From NCBI GenBank assembly GCA_963695555.1, contig CAVOGR010000007.1, positions 320,001 through 384,000 on the forward strand: DNA of 64,000 nt, given 5' to 3'. The DNA is from an uncultured Gemmatimonadales bacterium (GTDB lineage Bacteria; Gemmatimonadota; Gemmatimonadetes; Gemmatimonadales; GWC2-71-9). Below are positions 1-8,779 of this stretch, in pieces (within the stretch, counting starts at the first letter, position 1; each line of letters begins with the position of its first letter). The notes beneath the pieces are model-generated. The model was not told the DNA's origin. It saw nothing but the letters and a program-made list of their open reading frames with translations, and did no database searches. The position numbers and the translations under genes were made by a program.

Positions 1-1127
1 TGGGCCGGCTTGGTGTCGCCGAACCCCTGGGCGGTGATCCGGCCCGCGTCGATGCCGAAATCCGTAACCAGCGCGTCCTTGACAGCCGCCGCTCGGGCTT
101 CGCTCAGCGTCAGGTTGCTCGCGGCGTTGCCAACGTTGTCGGTGTGGCCTTCGATCAGGACCTTGAGGTCGTCGTGATCCTTCAGCGTGGACGCGATCTC
201 CTTGAGGACCGGCCGCGACTCGGGCTTGAGGTCGGACTTGCCGGTCTCGAACAGAATGCCCTGGGTTGACCAGCGCCCCTTGGCGGCGAGGGCGTCGTAG
301 AGGACGTCCGTCTCGCTTTCGGCGACCCGTATCTGCGCCAGGTACACGGCGTTCTGCTCGTCTTCGCGACCGCCCAGGTACACATGGATGACGGAGTCAC
401 GCTTGAAGGCGAGTTCCGGAATGTTGTAGAGCCGTCGCTCGTTGGTGTAAAGCTTGAAGTAGGCCCCGTCCATGAGCACACGGACGTGGGATAACTTCCC
501 CAGCAGCTGCCCTTGCATCGCGTCCGGAATCTTCACGGTGCTGTTCCCGAAATTCTGTCCGCTGCCACTTAGGGACATACTTTGGTGGTGCCAGAAGACC
601 GCCACGTTCGGCTCGCTATGGCCGCTTCCCTGGCCTCCATCGAACCGCAATTCCTCGCCCGCGCAGCAGTTCGAGTTGCGGGCGACGAAATCGAACTCCA
701 AGGTGAAGCGCTGTGGCAGCGTGCCGCCCAGCGGTATCAGGAATTCAGCGTTACCGGCGGCGCGTAGCATGCGGACGCCATCCCGCTCGACCACGTCCAT
801 GGGTCCGCTCACGTACTTGAGCCGTCGCGCGAAGTTCCCGACCTTGTCCTCGCTGAAGTCGGTGTAGAACAGCACCTTGTTGCCTGGGACGAAGTCGTAG
901 TTGTCCCAGACCTTGGGATCCGTACGAGCCGCGCCTTTGGACTCGTCCGCTGGCGCTTGGGATTCCGCCGGCTCGGCGGGCGGTGGCTGGACCTTGGTTT
1001 GGACCGCCTTCTTGGCCGCGTCCTTGAGTTTCCTGGGGATCTGACCGTCGAGGTGCGGGGGAGCGAGGGTGGCGAGGGCGGCGAGGCAGACGAGGAGCAG
1101 AGCAGTACAGGGGAATCGGGTCTGCAT
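1..1127 (-). CDS. OmpA/MotB-family peptidoglycan-binding exported protein (3' end runs off the window)
   Basis: Hand translation from ATG 1127 (SD GGAGGT upstream): signal peptide MQTRFPCTALLLVCLAALATLA, then DFVPGNKVLFYTDF, and C-terminal OmpA motifs GILFETGKSDLKPES, IEGHTDNVG, NLTLSEARAAAV. Missing from the ORF track because the stop is outside the window. Confidence 0.88.
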   Translation of the reverse strand, partial: MQTRFPCTALLLVCLAALATLAPPHLDGQIPRKLKDAAKKAVQTKVQPPPAEPAESQAPADESKGAARTDPKVWDNYDFVPGNKVLFYTDFSEDKVGNFARRLKYVSGPMDVVERDGVRMLRAAGNAEFLIPLGGTLPQRFTLEFDFVARNSNCCAGEELRFDGGQGSGHSEPNVAVFWHHQSMSLSGSGQNFGNSTVKIPDAMQGQLLGKLSHVRVLMDGAYFKLYTNERRLYNIPELAFKRDSVIHVYLGGREDEQNAVYLAQIRVAESETDVLYDALAAKGRWSTQGILFETGKSDLKPESRPVLKEIASTLKDHDDLKVLIEGHTDNVGNAASNLTLSEARAAAVKDALVTDFGIDAGRITAQGFGDTKPA

Positions 1128-1421
1128 GGTACCTCCGGGGCGGTCGATACGACCTGAAACGCAACGCCCCCGGCCTCGACCGCATGGAGTGGCGGCTTTG
1201 AACCGGGGGTAAAGTCCGCCCCTTCGGATCCGAGGGCGGTCTTCGGCGAATATCGGGGCGCGGCCACCGGGCCGCAAGCGGGTCGGATAGGTTTCTTTCG
1301 GGGAACGAAGGCTCGTGACCGATTGGAGGCGCTAAGTCGAGTCCACACCCGAAAAACCCAACCCAAGGATGGCCTTCAGGAAAGGGTGTTAGCTCGTTGA
1401 CGCCTAATTGGACGTGACGGC

Positions 1422-1553
1422 CTCAAGGACCTGTGCCACCTGGGCGGGTGGAAGGAGTCGCAGACCATCCTCAAGTGCTACCAGCAGGTCGACGAAGTCA
1501 CCATGCGTCAGGCGCTCGAGGGGCGGAAGCGGATCGCAGTGCTCGGCAGCTAG
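1422..1553 (+). pseudogene. C-terminal remnant of a tyrosine recombinase/integrase
   Basis: Reads LKDLCHLGGWKESQTILKCYQQVDEVTMRQALEGRKRIAVLGS*, resembling integrase box II (LGGW..., catalytic Tyr). In-frame TGA at 1398-1400 and no start codon. It points toward the tRNA 3' end. Confidence 0.72.
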
Positions 1554-1558
1554 CCCGC

Positions 1559-1581
1559 CAATCGACACAGCAATCGACACA
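1559..1581. repeat. 11-bp direct repeat CAATCGACACA x2, putative integrase arm-type sites
   Basis: Exact copies at 1559-1569 and 1571-1581, between the integrase remnant and the tRNA. Confidence 0.6.
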
Positions 1582-1599
1582 CCCCGGCCCAGCTCCGGG

Positions 1600-1636
1600 A
1601 AAACGAAACCCCGTCAGCCGTTCAGGCCAACGGGGT
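1600..1636 (-). terminator. Intrinsic terminator downstream of tRNA-Ile
   Basis: Minus strand ACCCCGTTGGCC-TGAAC-GGCTGACGGGGT (12-bp stem, 2 G-U pairs) followed by TTCGTTTT. Confidence 0.7.
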
Positions 1637-1671
1637 AAACCGTTCCCTTCTCACTCCTCACTGGTGTTGAG

Positions 1672-1746
<75 letters not shown>

Positions 1747-1823
1747 AACATCGACAGCCGCTACACCGGGCGGCCGTGGGACGGGCACGATAGCCAGCCA
1801 CCTGGCCGATGGCAACCCGCGCC

Positions 1824-1844
1824 ACTCCCTACTCCCTACTCCCT
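1824..1844. repeat. Heptamer tandem repeat (ACTCCCT)x3
   Basis: Exact copies at 1824-1830, 1831-1837 and 1838-1844. Confidence 0.8.
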
Positions 1845-1847
1845 GCT

Positions 1848-2114
1848 TCACTGATCCCAATCTTCGCGCTCGCGCCCGCGGCGCCGCGGCACGAAGCTCT
1901 CTTCCTCCTCCTCGTCTTCGTACTCCTCGTACTCGCTCTCCCACTCGTCGTCCTCATCCTCGAGATCGTCGTCGTCATCCAGCTCGTCCAGCTCGTCCTC
2001 GTCCTCATCCTCGTCTTCATCCTCGTCCAACACATCCAGCTCATCCACGTCCTCATCATCATCAGGTTTCCGACGGAGTCGGACAAGCTCCATCGACGTC
2101 TCCCAGGACAACAT
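1848..2114 (-). CDS. Small hyper-acidic, low-complexity hypothetical protein (~88 aa)
   Basis: ATG 2114 with strong SD GGAGGAG. Long D/E run flanked by RLRRK and RRRGRER. Codons are GC3-rich like neighbouring genes. Confidence 0.7.
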   Translation of the reverse strand: MLSWETSMELVRLRRKPDDDEDVDELDVLDEDEDEDEDEDELDELDDDDDLEDEDDEWESEYEEYEDEEEEESFVPRRRGREREDWDQ

Positions 2115-2165
2115 GGTCTCCTCCGGTGAAGTGGCACAATCTGGGACACCAACAAGCATGAGAGC

Positions 2166-4022
2166 CTACCCTCCAACCGCCCGGGTATCCCGGGCGGCCC
2201 TGCGCCGGTCATTGGCGCGCAACAACCGCTTGCGTAACCGAATGGACTTCGGGGTGATCTCGATCAACTCGTCTTCCTCGATATACTCGAGCGCATACTC
2301 CAGCGTGATCAGCCGCGGCGGCTCGAGCACGACCTGCTCGTCGGACGCGGTGGTCCGCATGTTGGTCAACTTCTTTTCCTTGGACGGGTTGACCTCCATG
2401 TCGTCGACCCGTGAGTTCTCCCCCACGATCATCCCCTCATAGAACCGGTCGCCCGGTGTGACGAACAGGGTGGCCCGTTCCTGGAGATTGCCCAAGGCAA
2501 ATGCAACTACCGTGCCCTCGCGATCGGCCACGAGGACCCCGCGCGACCGCCCGGCGAGCGGACCCGCCCATGGGCCGTACTCGAAGAAGCGGTGATGCAG
2601 GGTGCCCAAGCCGCGCGTGTCGGTCAGGAACTCGGACCGATAGCCGAACAGCCCGCGGGCCGGAAGTGTGAAACGCAGCCGCACCATGCCGGAGCCGGAG
2701 TTCTTCATGTCCACCAGCTCGCACCGCCTCGGCCCGAGGTGTTCCATCACCACGCCCATATACTGCTCGGCCACATCGACCGTCAACTCCTCGTAGGGCT
2801 CCATCAGCCGCCCGTTGGCATCTTCCCTGGTGATGACCCGGGGACGCGACACCTGGAACTCATACCCTTCCCGGCGCATGGTCTCCATCAGGATCGCGAG
2901 GTGGAGCTCGCCGCGGCCGGATACTTTGAAGGAATCGGGGCTGTCGGTCTCCTCGACCCGAAGCGCCACATTCCGTTCCGCTTCCCTGAACAACCGCTCC
3001 CGAAGCTGCCGGCTGGTGATGTACTTCCCGTCGCGGCCGGCGAAGGGGCTCTGGTTGACCACGAAGTCGACCGAGATAGTGGGCTCCTCCACCGCGATGC
3101 CCTCGAGTCGCTCGGGATGCTCGACCGCGGTGAGGGTCGTGCCGATCTCCAAGTCGTCGAACCCGGCGAGCACGATGATGTCTCCGGCCGACGCGTCCTC
3201 GACCTCGACCCGGTGCAACCCATCGAAGGTGTAGAGCCTGGTGATGCGATCCCGCTCCCCCTCTTCATCGGTCACCATCCCGGGAGCGCCGAGCGGCAAC
3301 AGCAGCACCTCGTCGCCCACGGCGAGGCGGCCGCGTTCGATGCGGCCGATGCCGAGTCGTCCGAGGAACGAGGAGAAGTCGAGGGTCGAAATCAGCATCT
3401 GGAACGGGCCCTCGGGGTCGCCGCTGGGCGGGGGCACGTGGCGCAGGATGGTCTCGAACAGGGGCACCAGGTCGGTGCCCGGCTGCCGCAGATCGGTGGT
3501 GGCGGTGCCGTCGCGGCTCACCGTGTACAGGAACGGCGCGTCGAGCTGCTCCGGCGAGGCGTCGAGATCCAGGAACAGCTGGAGCACTTCATCATGGACC
3601 CGGAGCGGCTCCGCATCGGACCGGTCGATCTTGTTGACGCAGACGATGGGGTGGAGCCCCAGGTCCAGCGCCTTCCGGGTCACGAACCGGGTCTGCGGCA
3701 TGGGCCCTTCGGCCGCGTCCACCAACAGGAGGACGCCGTTGACCATGCGGAGGATCCGCTCGACCTCGCCACCGAAGTCGGCATGGCCGGGCGTGTCCAC
3801 GATGTTGATCTTGGTGTCGTTCCACCGGACGGCCGTGTTCTTGGACAGAATGGTGATCCCGCGCTCACGCTCAAGCGGGTTCGAGTCCATCACCCGTTCC
3901 TGTACCGCCTGGTTGGCCCGGAAGGCACCTGCTTGGCGAAGCATCTTGTCGACCAAGGTGGTCTTCCCATGGTCGACGTGCGCGATGATCGCGAGGTTCC
4001 TGGTGTTGTGAGTTCCTACCAC
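2166..4022 (-). CDS. typA: Translational GTPase TypA/BipA
   Basis: AHVDHGKTTLVD, ERGITILSKNT, DTPGHADFGGEVER, C-terminal KKLTNMR and EITPKSIRLRK. Confidence 0.97.
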   Translation of the reverse strand: MVGTHNTRNLAIIAHVDHGKTTLVDKMLRQAGAFRANQAVQERVMDSNPLERERGITILSKNTAVRWNDTKINIVDTPGHADFGGEVERILRMVNGVLLLVDAAEGPMPQTRFVTRKALDLGLHPIVCVNKIDRSDAEPLRVHDEVLQLFLDLDASPEQLDAPFLYTVSRDGTATTDLRQPGTDLVPLFETILRHVPPPSGDPEGPFQMLISTLDFSSFLGRLGIGRIERGRLAVGDEVLLLPLGAPGMVTDEEGERDRITRLYTFDGLHRVEVEDASAGDIIVLAGFDDLEIGTTLTAVEHPERLEGIAVEEPTISVDFVVNQSPFAGRDGKYITSRQLRERLFREAERNVALRVEETDSPDSFKVSGRGELHLAILMETMRREGYEFQVSRPRVITREDANGRLMEPYEELTVDVAEQYMGVVMEHLGPRRCELVDMKNSGSGMVRLRFTLPARGLFGYRSEFLTDTRGLGTLHHRFFEYGPWAGPLAGRSRGVLVADREGTVVAFALGNLQERATLFVTPGDRFYEGMIVGENSRVDDMEVNPSKEKKLTNMRTTASDEQVVLEPPRLITLEYALEYIEEDELIEITPKSIRLRKRLLRANDRRRAARDTRAVGG

Positions 4023-4116
4023 AGCTCCCTACGCATCTCTCGTTGCCTGCCCTCGAGGCGTGCGACGAATGCCGCGCACGACCTCGTTCCCGCCCGGCAG
4101 GGCGGGCCGAGCGGCA

Positions 4117-4145
4117 TATATAGTCAGGCGGGGAATCCGGGGCAA
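4117..4145 (-). promoter_or_regulatory. sigma70-type promoter of typA
   Basis: Minus strand TTGCCC-N17-TATATA, followed by a leader hairpin CCCGCCC/GGGCGGG at 4089-4106. Confidence 0.55.
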
Positions 4146-4150
4146 GACTG

Positions 4151-5140
4151 TCAGTGCCCGATTCTGCCCGCCTCGGCTCGAGCCGCCGGCGGCTCATCCA
4201 CACACGGGTCCACCTCGAGTTGGATCGTGACGTGGCCGATGCCCAATCCGTTCATCTCCGCGCGGACTTGGTCGAGCACCCCCGGGTGGGTGTCGAGGTC
4301 CGGTACGATCACGTGGCCACTCATCGCCACCATGCCGCTGGTGACGGTCCAGACGTGGAGGTCGTGCACGGCCCGCACACCGTCCACCGCCAGCATGCGG
4401 CGCTGGACCTCGGCCATGGAGACGTGACGCGGCACCGCCTCGAGCAACACGTCGGTACTTTCGCTCACCAGCCGCCAGGCGCCGACCAGGATCAAGAGCG
4501 ACAGCGCGATGGAGACGAGCGGATCGGCCAGGGTCCAGCCCGTGAGCAGGATGATGACCGCAGCGGTGAGCGCGCCGACCGACCCCAGCGCGTCGCCGAG
4601 GATGTGGAGATAGGCGCCCCGGGTGTTGAGGCTGCCGTGCCGCCGGTCGTGGAGCAGGGCCAGGGCCCAGAGGTTGATGAGCAGTCCGGCCGCGGCCACG
4701 GCCAGGAACAGCCCGGCCTTGATCTCGGGCGGCTCGCGGAACCGTCCAATCGCCTCGATGACTACCCACACAGTGATGCCAACCAGCACGGTTCCATTGA
4801 TGAACGCGGCCAGGATTTCCCAGCGGTGGTAGCCGTAGGTCTTGGTGTCGTCCGCGGGGCGCCGGGCGATCCAGGCGGTGAGGAGCGTCAGGCCGAGCGC
4901 TCCAGTATCGACCAGCATGTGGCCCGCGTCGGCGAGCAGGGCGAGCGACCCGCTCAGCCATCCACCGACCGCCTCCACCACCATGAAGGTGGCGGTCAGG
5001 ACGAACACGAACCGGAGGCGGCGCATGGTATTAGGGTCGGCCAGGGCGCGCGGCGAAACGTGGGCGCACGCCTGGAGGACGGGTGGATGGTCCGACGGCG
5101 GCACCCGGTCCGGGGCCGCGCGAGCGGGCGGAATCTTCAT
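4151..5140 (-). CDS. Cation diffusion facilitator (CzcD/ZitB-like Zn/Co/Cd efflux); start uncertain
   Basis: SLALLADAGHMLVD, KTYGYHRWEILAA, GAYLHILGD, HDLHVWTV, HVTIQLE. Confidence 0.92.
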   Translation of the reverse strand: MKIPPARAAPDRVPPSDHPPVLQACAHVSPRALADPNTMRRLRFVFVLTATFMVVEAVGGWLSGSLALLADAGHMLVDTGALGLTLLTAWIARRPADDTKTYGYHRWEILAAFINGTVLVGITVWVVIEAIGRFREPPEIKAGLFLAVAAAGLLINLWALALLHDRRHGSLNTRGAYLHILGDALGSVGALTAAVIILLTGWTLADPLVSIALSLLILVGAWRLVSESTDVLLEAVPRHVSMAEVQRRMLAVDGVRAVHDLHVWTVTSGMVAMSGHVIVPDLDTHPGVLDQVRAEMNGLGIGHVTIQLEVDPCVDEPPAARAEAGRIGH

Positions 5141-5214
5141 GGGACTCCCAGCAGGACTATCGGTCGGGGGCGTACCCTCCCCCTCACCGCCTAATGTGGC
5201 TAGTCTTCCCTCGT

Positions 5215-6543
5215 ATGGAAGACCCACCAACTATACCGATCGCGCTGGGCCTAGCCTCCGTCATCGTCCTGGTTCTCGCTAACGCGTACTTCGTGGCCGC
5301 GGAGTTCGCGCTGGTCGGGTCCCGCAAGACCCGCATCGAGGAGATGATCCGGCGGGGGAACAAGAAGGCGGTCCTGGCCAAGCGCGCCATCACGTCGCTC
5401 GACAAGTACATCTCGGCCACCCAACTCGGCATTACGATCTCATCGATCGGACTCGGCTGGATCGGTGAGCCGGCCCTAGCCGGCGGAATCGAGTGGATCT
5501 TCAGCTGGTTACCGGAGGCCGCCGCGTCCTTTGTTTCCCACACCGTCGCGGTGGCGATTGCCTTCGCCATCATCAGCGCGCTCCACATCATCCTGGGCGA
5601 GCTGGTCCCCAAGGCACTGGCCCTGCTATTCCCGGAGACGATCAGCCTCTGGATCTCCGGACCGCTCATTGTGTTCGCCTGGATCATGTACGTCCCTATT
5701 GCCGTGCTGAACGGGACGGCGAACTGGATCCTTCGCATCTTCAATATCGAGGCCCCGCACGAGGCCGAGCGGCTCCACTCACCGGAAGAGATCCGGATGC
5801 TGGTCGAGCAGAGCCAGGTCGGCGGGAGCATGGAACGCACCGATGCCCGGCTGCTCGAGGGCGTCTTCGAGTTCAGCGAGAAATCGGCCGAGGACGTGAT
5901 GACGCCGCGGACCCAGGTCGTGGCATTGTCCACTGAGCAGTCGCTGCTGGAGGCCGCGGACGAAGTGGCGCGCACCCGGCGCTCGCGCTATCCGGTATAC
6001 ACGACAACCCTCGACGAGGTGGTGGGAGTCGTCCACGCCAAGGACATTCTCACGGCTCTGCGGTCGACACCGGAGGCAACCGTCGGCACCATCATGCGGC
6101 CGCCGATCTTCGTGCCCGGCACCCGCGAGGTCGAGGACGTCCTTGCCGACATGAAGCGAGTCAAGAGCCATCTCGCCATCGTGCTGGACGAGTACGGTGG
6201 TACCGCCGGCCTGGTGACGATGGAGGATCTCCTCGAGGAGATCGTGGGCCCTATCTACGACGAGCACGACCGACAGGTCAAGGTCGTCGCCCCCTCCGCC
6301 GGCGGCGCCCCGCTGGTCGACGGCAGCATGCCCATCAATGAGTTCAACGCGGCCTACCACACCGACTTCGAGGACACGGACTACACCACGGTCGGCGGGC
6401 TCTTGTTCGGACAGCTCGGCCGGCTGCCCGAGCCCGGCGACCGGGTCAGCGTCAAGAAATACGTCTTCGAAATCGAGGAGATGGATGGACGGCGGGTGAA
6501 ATCGGTGCGCGTGTTCGGCATCGCCGGGGCCAAGTCCGGCTAG
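5215..6543 (+). CDS. Hemolysin-family/CNNM (HlyC/CorC) protein with CBS pair
   Basis: NAYFVAAEFALV, ATQLGIT, GELVPKALA, VLDEYGGTAGLVTMEDLLEEIVG, C-terminal CorC domain. Confidence 0.93.
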   Translation: MEDPPTIPIALGLASVIVLVLANAYFVAAEFALVGSRKTRIEEMIRRGNKKAVLAKRAITSLDKYISATQLGITISSIGLGWIGEPALAGGIEWIFSWLPEAAASFVSHTVAVAIAFAIISALHIILGELVPKALALLFPETISLWISGPLIVFAWIMYVPIAVLNGTANWILRIFNIEAPHEAERLHSPEEIRMLVEQSQVGGSMERTDARLLEGVFEFSEKSAEDVMTPRTQVVALSTEQSLLEAADEVARTRRSRYPVYTTTLDEVVGVVHAKDILTALRSTPEATVGTIMRPPIFVPGTREVEDVLADMKRVKSHLAIVLDEYGGTAGLVTMEDLLEEIVGPIYDEHDRQVKVVAPSAGGAPLVDGSMPINEFNAAYHTDFEDTDYTTVGGLLFGQLGRLPEPGDRVSVKKYVFEIEEMDGRRVKSVRVFGIAGAKSG

Positions 6544-7454
6544 CCTGCGCGGGCCCCCGCCCGGGTCGCCAGCCGGATGGCCAGTTGAATTGCCGCCAGC
6601 ATGCTCGCTGCATCCGCCGTACCCGTGCCGGCGATGTCGAACGCGGTCCCATGATCCGGCGCGGTGCGCGGAAAGGGCAGGCCCAGCGTCACGTTCACTC
6701 CCCGGCCGAATCCCGCCACCTTGACGGCCGTCATTCCCACGTCGTGATACGGTGTAATGACGGCGTCGAATTCCCCCCGCATGGCTCGGACGAACACCGT
6801 GTCGGCCGGCAGCGGCCCCGCGGCACCGAGTTCGACCGCCGCGGGCCGAAGCACGCGGTCATCCTCATCGCCAAACAGTCCCGATTCCCCGGCATGTGGG
6901 TTGAGGGCGCAGACGGCAAGGCGCGGGCGGTCGATTCCCCACCAATCACTCAGGCCGTCGAGCGTGAGCCTGCCCGTCCGGACGACTTTCTCCGTGGTGA
7001 CCAGGTCGGGGACGTCGCGGAGCGGGACGTGGGTCGTGACCAACACGACGCGTAGCCTGTCGGTGGCGAGCATCATGGCCACGTCCACGCCTGCCAGCTC
7101 GGCCAGCCACTCGGTGTGGCCTGGATAAGGGAACCCGGCGAGGTGGAGGGCGTGCTTGTGCGCCGGTCCGGTGACGATCGCGTCCACGTCTCCCGCCAGC
7201 GCCATCTTCGCCGCCTGCTCGACGGCATGACCCGCGATGCGGCCGGCGCGAACTGCCCTGCCCTGTCCGTCCTCCGAGCCGCCCCCGCTCCAGAGACCGG
7301 TCGAGACGCGGCGCGTGGCCGGCACGCCGGCGATCTGGTCTTCGGCCCCGATGACCACGATCTCCGCGTCCAACGGAGTGCTCAAGGCCCTGGCCGCGAT
7401 CTCGGGACCGATTCCACGCGGATCGCCCAGAGTCACCGCGACCCGTGGCGTCAC
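6540..7454 (-). CDS. pdxA: 4-hydroxythreonine-4-phosphate dehydrogenase
   Basis: TLGDPRGIGPE, GHTEWLA, LNPHAGESG, YHDVG, RTAPDHGTAFDIAG. Confidence 0.93.
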   Translation of the reverse strand: MTPRVAVTLGDPRGIGPEIAARALSTPLDAEIVVIGAEDQIAGVPATRRVSTGLWSGGGSEDGQGRAVRAGRIAGHAVEQAAKMALAGDVDAIVTGPAHKHALHLAGFPYPGHTEWLAELAGVDVAMMLATDRLRVVLVTTHVPLRDVPDLVTTEKVVRTGRLTLDGLSDWWGIDRPRLAVCALNPHAGESGLFGDEDDRVLRPAAVELGAAGPLPADTVFVRAMRGEFDAVITPYHDVGMTAVKVAGFGRGVNVTLGLPFPRTAPDHGTAFDIAGTGTADAASMLAAIQLAIRLATRAGARAG

Positions 7455-8779
7455 AGGTCGCGGATCTCCACGTAGGTACCCCGGCGCAGCCGGGTCAGGT
7501 AGCGCTGGATGGCGAGTTCCTCGCCCAGCTGGGTGCGCAGCCGGTCACGCACGTCCTCGAAGCTGATCTCACCCTCGGCCCGCCGGGCGGTGACCTGGAC
7601 GATGAGAAACTGGGTGCGGTTCGGATCGCCCAGCGGCGACGCGAGAGGTGTGACCGGTGTGACGTAGCCCGAATCGGCACTCGCCAACAGCGTGTCGTAG
7701 GGCGGAGTGAGCTGAGTCACCGGCACGTCCGGTGTCGCGTCGAACTGGGTCTTGTCGTGGTGCAGCCGCTGGAGCGAGTCGAAGGACGCACCCGCCACGA
7801 TGGCCGCGCGGACTCTGTCCGCCAGGGCGCGGGCCGCGCTCGCGTCCTCGGCTGTGAGGTCGGGCATGAGCAGGATGTGGCGGGCCTGGATCTCGGCCGG
7901 CTGGGCCCGCTCGACCTGAATGATGTGGTAGCCGAACAGGGTCTCTACCGGATCCGAGACCACTCCGGGCCGCAGCCGGAAGGCCACCGCCTCGAACTCG
8001 GGTTGCATTTGGCCGCGGCGGAACCAGTTGAGCGATCCACCCTGGTCGCGCGATCCCGGGTCCATGGAGAAGCGCCGGGCGGCGGTGGCAAAGTCGGCGC
8101 CCTGGCGGAGCTCGAGAATGATCGAGTCGGCCTTGGCGCGCGCGCGTGCCTTGGCCTCGGCGCTGGGCTTGGGCGAGATGGCGATCTGACGCCACGCAAT
8201 CGTGGCCGGCCGCTTCCCCGCCACCTCTTGTCTCGCCTCGAAGTATTCCCTGAGTTCCTGCTCGGTGGGCGGGATCGGCTCGAGCTGGTCTCTGGCCCGG
8301 AGGTTCTCGATCAACCGGTTCTGCAACAGGCTCCGCCGCTGCTCTTCTCCCAACCATCGCCGATATTCGTCCGGGGTCTGAAAGCCGGACTTCCGGAGTT
8401 CCGAGTTGAACTCGAGTTCCGACGCGATGCTTTGGCGAATCCGCCGGAATTCTTGATCGACCGCCGCCGCGATTTCTTCCGGCGTGACATGGATAGAGGT
8501 GTCGCGCAGGGCCTCCTGCACCAGCAACTCACCGTTGATCAGCTCATCGACGATTTGGAGTTTGCTGCGTCGGAGTTCTGTCTCGTCGGTGGGGAGTTGG
8601 ACACCCTGGGACTGGAGACGAAACAACTCCACATCGAGCTGGGTCATCAGGATGGGCTCATTGCCGACCACGGCGATCACCCGGTCGACCACGACCGGTT
8701 GTTGCTGACTCACGGCGGGGGCCGCAACAGCAGCGGTCCCGATCACCATCAGCGCGAGGCACCTCCAGCCTTGGGTCAT
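7451..8779 (-). CDS. surA: SurA-like periplasmic chaperone/PPIase
   Basis: Signal peptide, VVDRVIAVVGNEPI, two parvulin repeats (FSMDPGS..GGSLNWF, TLFGYHIIQV), directly upstream of pdxA. Confidence 0.82.
   Translation of the reverse strand: MTQGWRCLALMVIGTAAVAAPAVSQQQPVVVDRVIAVVGNEPILMTQLDVELFRLQSQGVQLPTDETELRRSKLQIVDELINGELLVQEALRDTSIHVTPEEIAAAVDQEFRRIRQSIASELEFNSELRKSGFQTPDEYRRWLGEEQRRSLLQNRLIENLRARDQLEPIPPTEQELREYFEARQEVAGKRPATIAWRQIAISPKPSAEAKARARAKADSIILELRQGADFATAARRFSMDPGSRDQGGSLNWFRRGQMQPEFEAVAFRLRPGVVSDPVETLFGYHIIQVERAQPAEIQARHILLMPDLTAEDASAARALADRVRAAIVAGASFDSLQRLHHDKTQFDATPDVPVTQLTPPYDTLLASADSGYVTPVTPLASPLGDPNRTQFLIVQVTARRAEGEISFEDVRDRLRTQLGEELAIQRYLTRLRRGTYVEIRDL

Noticed and set aside
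809..1366. 185-aa minus-strand ORF upstream of and overlapping the OmpA gene
   Set aside because: It is out of frame with the OmpA gene, Ser/Arg/Pro-rich, and has no SD or motif.
1809..2129. Very hydrophobic 106-aa plus-strand ORF resembling a membrane protein
   Set aside because: It is the reverse complement of the GAC/GAG codons of the acidic protein, which has the SD.
2592..4427. 611-aa plus-strand ORF (and similar long ORFs at 7445-9166, 10215-11702, 32291-33622, 46213-47628, 51929-53257, 54814-56088, 59434-60699)
   Set aside because: Antisense shadows of well-supported genes. They are expected from high GC3 codon bias and show no motifs.
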